Shown here piece by piece: positions 63,221 through 64,000 of a stretch of DNA of 64,000 nucleotides. The notes below the pieces were generated by a model, which worked only from the letters and a program-made list of their open reading frames with translations, made no database searches and was not told the origin of the DNA. The stretch comes from Spongospora subterranea f. sp. subterranea (taxonomy: Eukaryota). Both the position numbers and the translations under genes were made by a program. The first letter of the stretch is position 1. Each line of letters opens with the position of its first letter. The stretch spans positions 1-64,000 of the forward strand of contig JAUGWO010000067.1 of NCBI GenBank assembly GCA_049724395.1, read 5' to 3'.

Positions 63221-64000
63221 ATGGTTAGCTCGGCATTACAGTCGGCGATTCTCGACGTGGAATGTGATACAAGCGCAGCGTTCCGCGATGAAGAATTTGA
63301 GTCCTTGTCCAACGGTCTTGATCAGTTACAAACCGTTATTTCTGATGTTCAATTGGAGATGAGAGGCGTTCAGAGTATCAAGCAGCAATATGCAATTCTG
63401 CTTAACAAGTACCTGAGGCAGGCTGCAGAGTTGACCGAATTACAGACAACAATATCGCAGCTCAAAAAACAAAATTTCGATTTGGATGCAGCAAGTGCTA
63501 GATTACCGCAATGTGAGGAGCAGCTGCAAAAGCAGAAAAACCTCACTCAAGAAATCTCTGACGCACTACAATCAGCTACAGCCACATTAGCAAATCGAGA
63601 AGTTGAACATCAAACGGAAATTCAAACCAAAGAATCAATGCGAAAACATCAGGATCAGGTCATTGTCGATTTACACGAGAGGCTGCGTCAAACTCAAGCA
63701 AAGTCCGATATCGCAGTTCCATTTGCAGACACCGCTGCGACGGTGAAAGCTGATAACATGACGAAAGATGTTGATGTGCAGACGGAGAATGGCCCTTGTC
63801 CAGTGATTAGCTCTTATTTACAGCTGAAAGCTGTATCTACCTTACAGGAATGCGCTTTACGATCGAAATTCGGAGACCAGGATACCTCAAAAGAAAGCGC
63901 GTCCTTTTGGAATCGAATCAATACATACCAGCGCGAAACTGAGCAGCTAAAGAAGACGATTGATAAAATCAGCTCCTGTAACGTCAGAAGACGACGTTGT
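63221..64000 (+). CDS. Coiled-coil hypothetical protein, truncated by the window end
   Basis: Open frame from the ATG at 63221 (MVSSALQSAIL...) to the window end, rich in Q/E/L heptads. Confidence 0.65.
   Translation, partial: MVSSALQSAILDVECDTSAAFRDEEFESLSNGLDQLQTVISDVQLEMRGVQSIKQQYAILLNKYLRQAAELTELQTTISQLKKQNFDLDAASARLPQCEEQLQKQKNLTQEISDALQSATATLANREVEHQTEIQTKESMRKHQDQVIVDLHERLRQTQAKSDIAVPFADTAATVKADNMTKDVDVQTENGPCPVISSYLQLKAVSTLQECALRSKFGDQDTSKESASFWNRINTYQRETEQLKKTIDKISSCNVRRRRC

Overview
Compact eukaryotic genomic DNA with many ~50-60 nt GT-AG introns and short intergenic spacers. The gene set and intron style suggest a protist, possibly a plasmodiophorid or other rhizarian, but that is inference only. 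The layout has four parts. (1) ~0-10 kb is a transposon island: an intact DD34E IS630/Tc1-type transposase with a convergent partner ORF, a decayed Penelope-like retroelement with a 5' inverted duplication, a decayed PIF/Harbinger element, and other fragments. (2) ~10-53 kb is a gene-dense core: centriolin-like LRR/coiled-coil, UAP56/SUB2, lipoyl synthase, WDR5, Mpv17/PMP22, MON1, SEC14-like, Spec3-like, an ~11 kb ARM-repeat gene, a LYS1-LYS2 fusion, GST, NOC4 and PET127. (3) ~53-60.3 kb is a second repeat island holding an intronless secreted protein with 19 x 16-aa repeats. (4) COG1 and a partial coiled-coil gene close the window. The standout is one minus-strand gene (41284-47904) encoding a Lys1-type saccharopine dehydrogenase domain, a degenerate condensation domain and a Lys2-type A-T-R reductase. 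Its Lys1 domain has substitutions at catalytic and cofactor-binding positions. Exon boundaries and homology calls were made by eye from remembered motifs, without database searches.
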